Shown: positions 32,689 to 46,277, counted from the first letter of the whole stretch. The stretch: 60,849 nucleotides of DNA, filler included, from Vannella sp. (GCA_023345925.1; 6 parts of 6 records of this genome joined end to end with filler, not necessarily neighbours in it), one strand, 5' to 3'. Translations and numbers: made by a program. The notes: generated from the letters alone by a model not told the origin.

Positions 32689-35600
32689 ATGGCGGAAGGG
32701 CCTCGGACGCCGGTGGTGGCCTTGAGGAAGGTTACTTATCGTGATTTTAATGATGAGGAGCAAGAGGTCGTGCGATACGTAGCCCGACAAGGCCTCAACT
32801 CGGTTCTAAATGATCCCAATCGGGTATGACCTCGTTGTTTTCTTCGAGGGAGGGCCTGAAGAGTGACATCACATTGCTATGACCTCCTTCTTAACTCCAA
32901 TCCCCTCACCGTTCACTCTAGGCCCCTGTCCGGTCGATACCCCCGCAACCCATCCCTCCTCCCCGAGGACTTCCTCGTGTCGAGCCCTTCCACTTCAAGA
33001 GATACCTTCTTGAGCAAGAAGAGGTACGCTCCTTGCCAGGTGCTTCTTACCAAGGCATCCTCTGACTCAAACTACAGCGAGATCGAACCCGCGCGACTGT
33101 TCTTGAAAGTTTCGCCAACCTCGGCAAGGATGAGGCCCTTGAGGGTGCGTACCCAGCTTCTTGTAGTGAAGCTTGTCTCACATTTACTTTGTGAAGCTGT
33201 GGACCCCGAGGAGGCGATCGCAACCCTCATTGAGACCGTCCCAGACATCTTCTTCATGGATTCCTTCCAGTTCCACAACCCTGCTGTTCTCCAGTACATG
33301 GAAGATCAAGGATGGACCTCTCCTAATGTACAGCAGGAGAAGGTAAGTCTAGCAACCTGTTAATCGCACAGAAACTGAGCAAGGCGGCCAAGTTCTCTCA
33401 CTATCTGGACCTGGTGGAGGTTGAGCTTGTCAAGCAGATCTCTACCCAGTCCAAGTCCTTCTTCTCTGCGCTCACACGACTCCGTCGATTGAGGGATGAA
33501 GTCAGTTTAGCCTGTACCGAGATCCAACACCTTCGGCAAGCTCTTCACGGTCTTGAGTCCTCCACGGGGCGCTCCATCGGCGTCGTGTCTTCTTTACAGA
33601 AGCAAGAGAATACCAAAGAGCTCCATCAAAAGGTCAGAAGGCCAAGCAGAGCGAAAACTAGCGAGCGCGCTGACCCCTCCCGCAGATGTCTCTGATTAAG
33701 ACAGTCCGAGAGACCCAACCAAAGGTCCAACAACTACTCAGTAGCAGTGACTACATCGGCGCACTGGATCTGATCGAACGGACGCAGCACATCCTTGCAA
33801 GCGAACTCAACGGCATTCACAGTTTGCGGTGAGCCAGAAGTCATTCAGACTGTTTCCCTCTGACATTGGCTTTCAGTCATGTTGCCTTCCAGCTCCAAGA
33901 GATGTCCAATGTCATCGGGAGAATCATGGAAGAAGAGTTCTTCAAGATTGCCTTCCGGACAGATCCTGCACCGCTTCCTGCACCACTTCCTGACCACCCC
34001 CAACCTGATGCATCCTCTTCAAATAACCTTTTGGCGTTTGAGATATGCCCTGCGCTGATGGGGCTCATCCGCCTTCAGTATCTCCACAAAGTGAGCGAAG
34101 ATTATAGTCATCGGGCTGTCACAACAATGCAGGAGATCTTCCAACTGGTAGGCTCGCTCCCTTCATGTACCTGTTCCTCGTCAGCTTACCCGGTGTTAGG
34201 CAGTGGCCATCCTGCCTCCAGCGAAGAATCTGTCGAGTGGTATCTCGAAAGGCCAGGTGATTGAGGGGTCCATTCGGTCGCTGAACACAAAGGAGTTCCT
34301 TCATTGGTTGGAAAAGGACATTGCAGGGCCACTTATCGCTCAACTCCAAAGGGCAACGGAAGTGCGAGCTGTCATGCTTGATCTATTTGACCTTCTCAAT
34401 CACCCAGAGACGCGAAAGGAACATGGAATTTCGTTTGTCACTTCTGCTGCCGACCCCGAGACCCTTGAATCCCTCAGAGCTCGCTCCAGCAGTGAATACT
34501 ACGACCAAATCACTTTGGATAATGAGAATGTCGCCATCCGCCTTTGCGAGACAGCGCACAAAGAGCTTGCCAAGGTCATCCAACTTCGCTCTGAACAGCA
34601 CATTCGTGTGCAACTCCCTGACTTCGTATTGATTGCCCAGTTTATCCAGAGCTTTATGGAAGACACTGAGAAGTACTCTCAACGCCAGAGCATGGAGCTT
34701 CGAGGAGTTTGGGCCACTCAAGAGAGAGCCTACATCAAGAACTTCCACAATTCAAGGGTCTCCACGATTGCTTTGATCTTAGATAACGAAGAATGGACTC
34801 AAGCAGAGGTTGCACAAGAATTCCAAAACCTGGCACATTCTCTTTTCCATCCAGAGAGCTCCGAAGAGGGAGCTGTGAACGTGCCCAAACCAGCCACGAC
34901 CTCCACAGGAATCTATTTTATCTTGCAAGTGGACGGAGATGAATATTGCGTGGTCAATAGCGCCCTAATGCTCCTCAAAATGCTATCAGAATACTTAGAA
35001 TGTGCCTTGGCAATGCCAGAGCTTGTCCATGATGTCGTGAATAGCATTGTTGAGATACTTAAGGTACCTCGTTTGCTGCCCATTTATCCTTGTGAACTAA
35101 CATCCCAAAGATATGGAACTCTCGTTCCTGTCAACTTGTACTTGGAGCTGGCGCAATGACAACAGCTAGTCTCAAAACCATTACAGCCTCCAATCTTGGT
35201 AAGCCTTTTCTACCAACTCCAGGACCCACTCACTCACTGACTGCCATTAGCTTTGGTAGCAAGATGCTTGAAACTCTTTGCAAGAGTTATTCCCCCACTC
35301 AAACAGACTCTCAGTCGTCGCTTCCCTGAGAATCAACAAAACCTGCTCAATAACTTTGATCGAGTGGAGCATGTCAGTCTCCCTCTCCCTCTCTCCCGCT
35401 TCCCATTCCCGCCAACTCACCAGCAGCACAGGATTTCACTCAACATTACGACCAAGTCATTGAGAAACTCAAATCTCTGGTCAAGGGGAGGATTGATGCT
35501 TTGTGCCAGAATCTGGCGCAAACAGAGAATCTCAATAGTGCCTCTTCCACCATCTCCCCTTACATTGTGAAGATTACAAGAGCCGCAGACTCACTTCACA

Positions 35601-35958
35601 AGGTCCTTCACCGATTCTTTCCTCCGCAAGACCTCCAAGTAATGTATTGGGAGCCCCTGAACCTCGGTCTGACCCCTTTCAGAACATTTTTAGCGAAATC
35701 TTTGCCATGTTCAACTCCAGCCTTGTTGAATACTTTAGCGTGATGCGCCTCAATGCCGCTGGCAAGAAGCGGTTAGTCATTGGCTCCACCTGACCCCACA
35801 GTGAACTAACGGCCCCTTCCAGTCTCCACACCGACATCAATTACCTCATCGACACTCTCTCGAAGCTTCCTGGCGTTGAGGATCAAGCCTCTTCACTGAA
35901 ACTCCTCCAAATATTCTTTCTTTCACATTTCGGGGCAATTCCAGACATGGCTCCATAA
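32689..35958 (+). CDS. VPS54: GARP complex subunit Vps54 (many introns)
   Basis: LNSVLNDP, QEK|FSHYLDLVEVELVKQISTQSKSFFSAL, LILDNEEWTQAEV, NSRSCQLVLGAGA, LKTITASNL. Confidence 0.9.
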
Positions 35959-36143
35959 ACCACCAAAAACCAGACCCAAAATCCTACTCGCCCCTTTCAA
36001 GCGTTTTGATTGGTTGGGAAGAAATCTTTTTCAGAATCAATCGAGATCGTGCACTTCTTCACCGTTGGGAGAAAGGACTTGTCCCGCCTTATCTTTCTTA
36101 ACGGTCAATTACCTTCCATCCCGCATTGGACGACGTAGTAGAC

Positions 36144-38694
36144 ATGACCGAACCACGCTCGCCTGCGCGAGAGATAACAGAGAAGCTCATGCTGCTCGTT
36201 TCGCAAGGGGCGCAGATGTCCCGTTCGTTTCCTTCTGCAGAGGATCAAGCGTACTACGTGAGCTTGTATCCGGAGTTGAAACCCTTGTTGGATGAAGTGA
36301 GACGTAACTGTATCAACCTTACGCAGTCCCTCTTGCACGTCAACTCTTCCAAGTCGTCTGTTATCCCTGAACTGGACTACCGTGATCCAGAACTCATCAA
36401 AGACAACTACAGAGACATCGTCTTTGCCACAGATGAGAAGCTGGAGTACCTGGTTCGTCACAGATCATCGAAAAGGGGTTGAACTCACTCTTCTTGTGCA
36501 GGACCACTACTTTGATGAGATCCGAAGCGCTGGGAGGGATAAGATGGCTCCCACCTTGAATGTACATACTGTGGACACAGGAAAGAGGGTCTACCACGTG
36601 CAGAGTGCCTCGAACGTTCACCGACCCCAAATGGAGTTCGAGCCCGTGGACAACTCCAAGTCCGTGTTCGTCCCAAAGATCACTTCCAAGCCCAATGCTC
36701 TGGTCCCCCTCGCTGAGGTATGGAGGAACGCCGAAGAGATCATCCGCCAAAGCGCCAACGCCACTGAAATGGTCCAGTACGTGACTTGCTCTGTCCCTGA
36801 AAGCTTACTGACAACTCCATAGCCTCCCACACCCTTATCAACCCGAGATTGATGCGTTTCAGTACCTCCCCCAGCAACTGGCTGCCCGTAAGGAGGTGAT
36901 CTTCCAGAATCTTGCAATCACGCCTTTCACTTGGGTGGACACGTTGGATCAGCTTCAGCTCCTAAGCTCTAAGCTAGAGAAGGTTGATGAGTTCGCTATT
37001 GACATCGAAGCACACGCGTATCGGTCGTACCAAGGATTCTGCTGCCTTCTTCAGATCTCCACGCGAAAGGAAGACTTCATTGTCGATCTTTTCTCTTTGA
37101 GGAACCAAGTCCACATCCTGAATGGCTCATTCACGAACCCAGCCATCGTCAAAGTCCTCCACGGAGGTGATAACGACATTGTTTGGCTTCAACGTGACCA
37201 TGGGCTGTACATTGTCAACCTTTTCGACACTGGACAGGCTTCGAGAGTTCTGTGTTACCCCAAGCTATCCCTTTCCTATCTCCTCGAGCGGTTCTGTGAC
37301 GTCTCCTCCGACAAGAAGAAGCAATTCCAACTCGCCGATTGGAGAATCCGCCCAATCCCTGAAGACATGATGGAGTATGCTCGATCAGACACTCACTACC
37401 TTCTCTACATCTATGATCGCGTTCATAACGAGCTAGTCGAGAAGGGACAAGTGCTCCCAGCTCTCAACAACAGTCGATTGCTTTGTCAAAGGGTCTATGA
37501 CAAGGAGATGTTCCAGCCCACTCTCGCTTCCTTCCAACTGAAGTGTCCTTCTCTCAACAAGACTCAGAGCGCTGTTCTCCAATCCCTCTTCGAATGGAGA
37601 GACTTCTTCGCTCGCCAAGAAGACGAAAGCATTCGCTTCATTCTCCCCAACCACATGCTCATTAAGATCGCTGAGCTCTTACCACAAGACTCCATAGAGC
37701 TATTCTCTTGCTGTAACCCTCAACCGCCTCCCTTCATCAAAACCAACGCGCATGACGTCATCAAAGTGATCAAGGACGCTCAAGAAGGCAAACCGATCCT
37801 TCTGGAGTTCAGCAAGCTCACTCAGCCCATTCAATTACCTTTCCTTCACGAGAAAGCATCTTCTACGCCCCTTCCTGTACCCTCCAAAGCTGTGGAAGAC
37901 CAACGAACAGCCAACAAGGACCTGACCCAAACAGAGCTCTTCCAACAGGCTGATTGGCTGCAGTCCTCTGCCAGGCGCACTGCCGCTCTTGATCCGATCA
38001 ACAACGTCTCTCATTCATCTGCTAGTTCCACTGCACGCTTCTTTGGTTCTCCAGCAAGCGCGCAGAAGGGCGCTGAGGCAAAGTTGGCCCAAGTCAACCA
38101 ATCTCTCGCCAGTGCGTTCTCCTTTGATCTTTCTGCTCCTCTGAAGGTACCAGAGTCTATGGAAGAGATCTTCCAGTTCTCGAATGCTAACCGGAAGCGG
38201 AACAAAGAGAAGAAACGACTAAAGGAGGACTCGATTAACGCCGGACCTGTCTCCCCCATCAAGATGGCGGAAGTAGAGCCAACTGTCGCGCCTAAGGCTA
38301 AACAAGAAGACCCACGTGAGTTCATGAAGAACATTGGTTGGCTTGATCCCTCCCTTGCCCCCCTGATTGCCCCAAAGGCGACTCCCGTTGTTGCTCCAGT
38401 GGAGGCCAGTACAAAGGAAGCGGCTGTTGTTGAACCGTACGACTATTCCAAGCATCGTTCATCCAACTATGGCCTAAAGAAGGCCACAGAGCCCGTCGCG
38501 AAGAAACCTGTGAGCGAGGACCAGACTGAGGTGTCGGTCCCCAGCTTTGGAAAGGCTTCCTCGCGAGTGCGAACAGCCAAACCTACCCAACGTACTCAAA
38601 CATCCTCCACTCGCGGACGTGGCCGCGGCTCTCAAGTGAGCACTCCCAGACCCTCTCCCTCTGTACTCACCCTTTGAAGCAGAAGAAGCGTTAA
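36144..38694 (+). CDS. RRP6: Exosome exonuclease Rrp6/EXOSC10
   Basis: RPQMEF..VDNS...FVPKITSKPNA, FAIDIEAHAYRSYQGFCCLLQISTR, QLADWRIRP, YARSDTHYLLYIYD, HRDC 'WRDFFARQEDES'. Confidence 0.95.
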
Positions 38695-38825
38695 TCGGAT
38701 CAATCAGTCACGTTGTGGGGTTTAAATACCGCCACAACCCCCCTGCTTGCTTGCTCCTGATAAACATGTTCCTCTTGGTCCCTCCATCTCGGTTTATCGT
38801 TGTGTGTGGGCCTTTGGGGTCTTGG

Positions 38826-39086
38826 TTAGAGCTCTTGGATGGGGACGGCATCCGTTCCATTCTGGATAGCAGCAGCCTTCATGTAGAGAACAACAAAGAC
38901 CAGGGAGAGGATAGCAATAAGTGCGGGGATGGCAATGGAGTAGACCTTGGTGAACGCCTCCTTGTTGCGCTGGATGCGAGCTGCCTTCTCATCCTTGGGC
39001 TCTTTCCTTTTTTCCCAAGAATCAGAACCATCAGACAAGTCCACCCCATCAACCTACTTGGGCTGTCCAGGAAGTTGTCGGGCCAT
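38826..39086 (-). CDS. SMCO4: SMCO4-like small single-pass membrane protein (1 intron)
   Basis: Spliced MARQLPGQPK|KEPKDEKAARIQRNKEA followed by a TM helix, resembling the SMCO4 'MRQLKGKPKKET' start. Confidence 0.7.
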
Positions 39087-39327
39087 GGCTTGACAGGAGA
39101 CAAAGAACCTTCCCAAACCAAACAACGATTTGAATCATTGATGGATTTTACTGCAAAAAATTGTACAAGAAGCTACGAGACATGGCGGTGATAAAAGTAC
39201 GTGTTTGTCGAACGAGACTCAAAGGAAGGATGGAGGGGATCAGCGCGCGAGACAATGACAATGACTGGAAGAAATCATCAACAAAGCCGTGGGACGAGAA
39301 AGGGCCATTTTTCTCCTCCACCGGTCA

Positions 39328-39864
39328 ATGGAAAGGCTCCTCAAGGTCGGTGTGAGGCTATTCCACACTCGGGAGGACTTGAATGTGGAAGCAGAGGACA
39401 TCTACGGGTTCAGTGGACTTGACATCAACGGGAATGAGATCCAAATGGACCAGTTTCGCGGCAAAGTCGTTCTCTTTGTCAATGTTGCAACCAACTGAGG
39501 CTTGACGAAACGCAACTACGAAGAGCTCAATCAGTTACATGAGAGGTTCCACTCTCAGGGGCTCGAGATAGTCGCGTTTCCGTGCAATCAATTCCTTCAT
39601 CAAGAACCTGGCACCAACAAGGAGATCGAGAAGTTTGCGCGAGAGTCCATGGGGGCCAAGTACCTCCTCATGGATAAGATCGATGTGAACGGAACCAACG
39701 CAATCCCGCTCTATCGCTTCCTCAAGAAGGTGACCGACCAAGAACCAGTCAACTGGAACTTTGCGAAGTACCTCGTGGACAAGCAAGGCCGACACGTCAA
39801 ACACTACGAATCTGGAGTTCCCCCTCTGGAACTGGTCACTGTGATCGAGTCTCTGTTAGCCTAA
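39328..39864 (+). CDS. GPX: Selenocysteine glutathione peroxidase (in-frame TGA at 39496-39498 read as Sec)
   Basis: GKVVLFVNVATN-TGA-GLT at the catalytic position; AFPCNQF..QEPG; WNFAKYLVD. Confidence 0.92.
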
Positions 39865-39889
39865 GACCTTTCCCTTTCCATCAAATGAA

Positions 39890-39950
39890 GCCGACATCAT
39901 GAAAGCTGCCTTGCAAAGCCCTCTTTGGCTCAAAGCAACCTGAAATTAAT
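39890..39950 (+). promoter_or_regulatory. Candidate type II SECIS element
   Basis: ATGAA(39899)-AGCTGCCTTG-C-AAA-GCC-CTCTTT-GGC-T-CAAAGCAACC-TGAA(39941): core, imperfect helix II, AAA bulge, apical mini-stem. Confidence 0.65.
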
Positions 39951-40028
39951 TCGCCTTTTGGTTGATAAAAGGGAAATGGTCCAATTCTCGGTTTGGTTGG
40001 GCCTTCACTTCACTCTCGCCCTCTTTGC

Positions 40029-43000
40029 ATGCCTGCAGAGGACACCAAGAAAGTTAGCCCTCCCACAGAGGCTGCAAACGATGCTAAGGCTAAGGAGGCA
40101 AAGGCAAAGAAGGAGGAGCTGGTGCGTGTGATTGGGGAAGAGAGCTGGAGGACTCATGCGGGCGGGACAGTCGGCAGAAGATCAACAAAAGAAGGACGAT
40201 ATCGATCTGATTGTCACACGGACCACAGACCCTGAATCTGGTGTACAGAAGGCTGCCATTGAGGCGCTCCGAGCGGAGATTAAAGGTTCAAAGAGGTCAG
40301 TTCCCTCTCTGTTACCCTCTTTGCTGGTATCCACGCTCTAACGCCCTCTCGTCTATCCTTCAGTTCCATCTCTTCTATTCCAAAAGGCCTCAAGTTCCTC
40401 CGCCCTCACTACAGTGCGCTCAAGGAGACTTTCGATGGTTGCCAAGGGGAGAACAGAGTACGTTCCTCTTTGAAAGGGCCCAGCGCATTGAATTAACCCC
40501 ACTCTGGTCTAGGCTCTACTAGCAGATGTCTTGTCTGTGCTGGCTATGACGATGTCGGCAGAAGGCTCGATGGACAGTCTCCAGTTCCGACTACAGGGCT
40601 CCAGTGGTGCTATTGAGGATTGGGGCCATGAATATGTTCGGTATGAAGTCTTTGTTGCTGTCATTGTCCTTCGTATTCATCGTGGGAGTAGCAACCTTGC
40701 AGGGGAGATCATCCAGGACTTTGCTAACCGACAGGCTGAAGAGAAGGACGTTGATGATCTGATGGCGCTCGTTGACGCGGTAGGAGCCCCTTTCTAGTAC
40801 TGCACTTGACTGACATTGTGGACCAGATCGTTCCTTTCAACATTCTCCACAATGCCGAGCCAGAGGCGTGCGACCTCTTATTGGAGGTTGAACGCTTGAG
40901 AGACATTCGCCAGCATGCGGATGAGACCAACTACAGCCGTATCTGCCTCTACTTGCTTGGTATTGCCAGTTACGCCACGGAACCTGAGGATGCAGAGATC
41001 CTGAACGTTGTTCTGGAGATCTACCGCAGCCTGAATAAGCTCCCCGAAGCAATCTTCACAGCTATGCGACTGGGCGACCCACAGGTCGTTAAAGAGGTCT
41101 TTGAGAGCGCTGACGACCCGTTAGTAGCCCTCTTCACCTCGGATCGTTGGTAACCTTCATCTAGAACAACTAAGAGGCAAATGGCCTTCCTTATGGGGCG
41201 CCAGAGAGAGTTCAGCTTCGACGAGGAGGACGAGGAGCTGGGAGACTTGGTGGGGAACATGAAGCTCGCCACTTACTACCACGATCTCGCCCGCGATCTC
41301 TCTGTGTTGGAGCCCAAGGCACCCAAAGACGTCTATAAGATGCACTTGATCGAGAACCGGCATCGTAAGTAGCATCAGAATGATCAAATAGTGCGGCTGG
41401 CTCACCATGGGCACAGTCGCTAACATGAAGGTCGATTCTGCCAAGCAGAACTTGGCCAACTCCTTCGTTAATGCCTTCTTGAACGTTGGCTTTGGTACAG
41501 ATACGCTTCTGCTGGAGGGAGAGGAGAAACCGTGGATCTTCAAGAACAAGGAAGAAGACCGGATGAGTGTGGTGGCCTCCATTGGTCTCTTGCACCTTTG
41601 GGATGTTGAGGAAGGTTGCTCGCAGATGGATCCTTTCTTCTATTCAGAGGAGGACTCTATCAAGGCTGGTGCTTGCCTTGGTGTTGGCCTTTCAGGTTGT
41701 GGTGTCCGCAGCACGTTCGACCCTGCTCTGACCATTCTTGGAGAGTACACCACCAGCGAAACCAAGCCCACCCTCAAGATTGGAGCGATCCTCGGTCTTG
41801 GCCTTGCGTACGCTGGCACAGCTCGTGAAGAGCTGATTGAAATGCTCACAGAAGTTCTGGAGAACGACACAGAGATGGATGTCCTCTCTGTCACTGCGTA
41901 CGCTCTTGGCTTGATCTTTGTAGGAACAGGGAATGCCGAGATTGCTGGCAGCATCACTGAAATCATGCTCTCCAACAGCGAAGAGATGCTTAACCATCCT
42001 TACACCAAGTTCCTGTGCTTGGGATTGGGCCTTCTGTACTTGGGCAAGCAGTCCATGGCTGACTTGACCATGGAGACACTTAAGGTTGTCGAAGGGCCTA
42101 TTTCTCGTTATGCTCAATTCACGGTTGACTCTTGCGCCTATGCTGGCACTGGGAATGTCTTGAAGATCCAGGAGATGCTTCACGCGTGTGGCGAACACCT
42201 TCCTGGAGATAATGACTTCCAGGCGGTGGCTGTCCTTGGGATCTCTCTGATTGCCATGGGAGAGGAAGTTGGTACCGCAATGTCCACCCGTGCATTCAAT
42301 CACCTTCTACAATACGGCGAGCCTGTTGTCCGTCGCACTGTGCCCATGGCCATGGGACTTCTCTCTATTTCCAACCCCAATCTGCAAGTGATGGACACGC
42401 TGAGTAAGCTCTCTCACGACAGTGACGTTAACGTTGCACAAGGTGCTATCATGGGCCTTGGCCTCATTGGCGCGGGAACTAATAACTCTCGCATCGCCGG
42501 ACTTCTCCGCCAGTTGTCTGCTTACTATTGCAAAGAGTCCGAGCCCCTTTTCACAGTCCGCATTGCTCAGGGCCTTTTGCATCTGGGTAAGGGTCTAGTC
42601 AGCTTGAATCCATTCCACTGCCACGGGGGACTCCTCTCTAAAGTGGGAGTGGCCGGCATCCTCGGCAGTCTCCACGCCTGTTTTGATTTTTCTGGTTGTA
42701 AGTCCTCTCTTCTCGTTGGGGTTGCGTGTTCATGAGAGTCCAGTGATTCATGCAACTGGACACTACTTCCTTTATCTCTTTGCGACAGCAATGCAGCCTC
42801 GCATGTTGATCACTTTGGATGAGGATCTGAATCCTCTGGAGGTGACTGTGCGAGTTGGTCAGGCAGTGGATACTGTCGGACAAGCAGGTAAACCAAAGAC
42901 AATCACAGGCTTCCAGACGCACACCAGCCCCGTCCTCATCGCACACGGTGAACGTGTTGAATTGGCCACGGATGACTGTACGTATCCACGTTCACCGCTC

Positions 43001-43092
43001 TGACTCGATCCTCACTCGTCTTAGATATCGCTGTTTCTCCCTATCTTGAGAACTGCGTGATCCTGAAGCCCAACCCCGACAAGAAGCAGTAA
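40029..43092 (+). CDS. RPN1: 26S proteasome regulatory subunit Rpn1/PSMD2 (8-9 introns)
   Basis: [96 protein letters not shown]. Confidence 0.97.
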
Positions 43093-43371
43093 CTCGAGCA
43101 CTCAATAAACGGTAACGCACCTCTCCTCCCTTCCCCTCACCTTTCTGCATGTTTAGCCCCGCCCTGACCGGAAGAATAAGAAAGTAGCAAGCGTTTCCAT
43201 CGCTTTGCTGCTGATACAACCTTCCTACATCCAACGGCTCGTTCCTTCCCCGCCCGTCGAGAGATCCGCGTTGGCGGGGTTTGCACCAGCCCACACTTCC
43301 CCACCTCCCAGACCATCAATTCCACATTCTAAACAGAATTCTGTTTTCATTTCCTTTGCGCGTGGGCGGGC

Positions 43372-44429
43372 ATGCAGCGCCCTGTCTTGTTCCAGTACAG
43401 CCCTGCTTGGGGACTTCCCTCGTTTGATCCTTTCTGTTTGAGTGCGCATGTAAGAGAGAGAGGTGGAGGGGCATCTGGCTTGCCTTGCGGGCTGCTCTTG
43501 GTGGGCAGAGGCTCACGAGGAGGGGTTCTCAGGCCTTTCTTAAGTTGGCGGGAGTGAGCAACGTCTCTTTTGTTCATACGGACAACCCTGGGCTCTCTTC
43601 TACAAAGAGACTTCCAGTGTTGCAGGATGGAGACAACTTTGTGCATTCAGAGGACTTGATGGAGTACACAATGGCGGTGAGGGGCACTTCTCTTCCCTCT
43701 GTGCTTCCTCAAACACTCACTGGACTCGTCGGATCGTTGCTTCTACTTGTAGCATCTGGGAGCGAACTTGGATGAGCGCTTGACTCCTTCACAACGTGCG
43801 GAGATCACCGCCTTCCGATCACTCATCGAAAACAAGTTGTACTATGCGATGGTGCGCTCCCTACTCATCCAATCATGCTGTCTGACACAAACGTGAAGAT
43901 CTATTACTGGTGGAAGGATGGGAACTACGGCAAAGTGACCAAGAAGGTCTATTCAGCGCTCATGTCCTTCCCCATTCGCGAGATTCAGCTCTTCTTCTAC
44001 CGCAAAGATGTTCTTCGCCAACTTGAGGTACTTAAGATCGCCACCGACGAAGACGCTTTCCAGATTGGCGAGGAAGTGTTCGAGAGTTTGAGTGGGAAGC
44101 TGGGAGAGCAAAAGTACTTCTTCGGGGACCTTCCCTCCTCGTTAGACGCTATTGTCTTTGGGCATTTAGCTTGCCAATACTTTGCTCCGATGCCTGAAGA
44201 AGGATTGCGCGCTCAGCTCGAAGTGCACTCAAACTTGGTGCGATTTGTCACCCGAATGTCGGAGGAAGTCCTCGAAGGAGGGCCTCCCAGCATGACCACC
44301 CTCCGTGAAGATGTGGCGCGAGAAGCCGAGGACGCTATTCGCCTGTGGAACTCGGTTGTCGTTACTCTTGGGGTGGGTGTGTGCATGTGGCTCTTTGTTC
44401 ATCAACGCCCTTTCAGCACAGGAAACTAA
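43372..44429 (+). CDS. MTX: Metaxin (Sam37/Sam35-like, GST fold) with a C-terminal TM
   Basis: WGLPSFDPFCL, RLPVLQDG, LSGKLGEQKYFFGDLPSSLDAIVFGHLA. Confidence 0.85.
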
Positions 44430-44469
44430 ACTTCCCTAAACTCCATTCGCTGCCTTGAGCAAAACGTCA

Positions 44470-44569
44470 NNNNNNNNNNNNNNNNNNNNNNNNNNNNNNN
44501 NNNNNNNNNNNNNTTAATTAATTAANNNNNNNNNNNNNNNNNNNNNNNNNNNNNNNNNNNNNNNNNNNN
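44470..44569. other. Artificial contig spacer
   Basis: N44-TTAATTAATTAA-N44. Confidence 0.98.
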
Positions 44570-44938
44570 GTGGAGGACAGAATCATGTACTCTGCCCTTT
44601 CTGTGGCAGCTCAGGACCTCCGTTACTGGAAAGAACACAAGACGTATGACTTTGACGAAGAGTGGACCCTGAATAAGATGCGAACCATCCTCTACATGGC
44701 CGCCACACACGGTCACAAGGCCATTGTACTCGGTGCCTTGGGTTGCGGAGCCTTCCAAAACGACCCAAAGATCATCTCCCATCTCTTCCATCAACTCCTT
44801 ACCACAGAATACGCTGGAGTGTTCGAGTTAGCCCTCTTTGCCATCATCAAGTCCGCCCACAACCTCTCTTGCTTCCGCCATCATTTTGGCCCTTTTTCAA
44901 CCAGCGACTTGATTCATCGCGGTCCGTCCAATAAATGA
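44570..44938 (+). CDS. TIGR02452 / microbial-type PARG macrodomain protein, C-terminal fragment
   Basis: SVAA.DL, KMRTIL.MA..HGHKAIVLGALGCGAFQNDP..I...F..LL. Confidence 0.8.
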   Translation: MEDRIMYSALSVAAQDLRYWKEHKTYDFDEEWTLNKMRTILYMAATHGHKAIVLGALGCGAFQNDPKIISHLFHQLLTTEYAGVFELALFAIIKSAHNLSCFRHHFGPFSTSDLIHRGPSNK

Positions 44939-44982
44939 TAAACTGAAAGGTTTTGGTCAGCTTTTCTCTCCGCACGTCCAGG

Positions 44983-46109
44983 ATGAACAAGGCGGAGCTC
45001 GCCATCCCGGATATGATCACGCAGGTCAAACGACCTACGGAAAACGATGGAGAGGACTATAGTGGAGGTATCTCTGCTCGAAGAGAGAAGAACGAGCGTG
45101 TGTTAGCCTCTCGGCGGTTGGGGTTTGAGTTGACAAGAGGGCTTGGATGGTGTAGCGGAGCCTGAGGATGATTATGAGTACGTCTATACTAGACCTACTC
45201 TCTTTCAAAGGGTCTTCTGCTGCTTCTCCCGCCCTCCGGAGGAACAAGGAGCTGAGATCAAACCCATTGAGGCAAAGGTACAGCCAATCTCTCAACTGAA
45301 CCTGCAGCAGCTCTGCCTGATTTTGAGCGTGTGTTAACCATCCCCTCCAGCATGAAGGGCGGAGCGGATTACTTCCAACCCAAGACGGAAAGACTTCAGG
45401 TCGCATCTGCCTCATCCTGGACCTTGACGAGACACTTGTTCACAGTTCATTCCAGGTAAGTGTACACCCCAGCATCTGGTACAGTGAACGAGGGAACGGC
45501 TGCTGACGCACAACACAGGAGGTCCACGATGCAGACTTTATCATCCCCGTTGAGATGGAGGAAAGAACACACAAGGTCTACGTAAGCAAGAGACCTGGTG
45601 TGGATGATTTCCTTCGCACTGTTGGCGAGCACTTCGAGGTCGTCATCTTCACCGCCAGTATCCCAAAGGTAGGTGCGGTTATGGGACCAACGCTCATCTA
45701 ATCCCTCATTTACAGTACGCTGATCCTCTTCTGGACCTGTTGGACATCCACAAAGTAATCTCCCATCGCCTGTTCCGCGATGCGTGTACATATTTCAAGG
45801 GCAACTACGTTAAGGTTCGTCATCGTTATCCTGTGGAGCTACTTCAATGGATAACAGGTTGCTCACCACGACGAGTAGGACCTCGCCAAGATGGGACGAG
45901 AGTTGAAGCGTACTCTGATCGTGGACAACTCCTCTGCGTCGTTCATGTTCCATCCTGAGTATGCTATTGAGTGCATTAGTTGGTTTGACGACAAGAACGA
46001 CACGGAATTAGGAGAAATGGCCGAGTTCCTTGTGAAGATGGCGGGAGCCGCGGATATTCGCCCTGCTATGCAAGAGTGGAGAGCCAAGCACCCCCCTCCT
46101 CGTTTGTAG
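44983..46109 (+). CDS. SCP/Psr1-like CTD small phosphatase (HAD, NIF domain), multi-exon
   Basis: [53 protein letters not shown]; upstream FCCF motif. Confidence 0.92.
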
Positions 46110-46277
46110 ATCCTCCTTGGAAACTGAGCACCGAGCCGACTGGGCCGGATCAGACTGTTCCACATTGTATTTTTACTTCCGTTGATAAACTCTCCCTCCC
46201 TGACACCCACTGTACCTTGGAGTGTGCGTTTACTTCTCATGAGAGTCTCTATAAGTACAAAGAGGTCGTTTGGGTGG

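Noticed and set aside
39496..39498. In-frame TGA as evidence of a variant genetic code or pseudogene
   Set aside because: TGA ends other genes normally, and this one sits at the GPx catalytic site with a SECIS candidate.
22150..44938. PARP plus PARG, or Sam50 plus metaxin plus Tim, as functional gene clusters
   Set aside because: They lie on different concatenated contigs.
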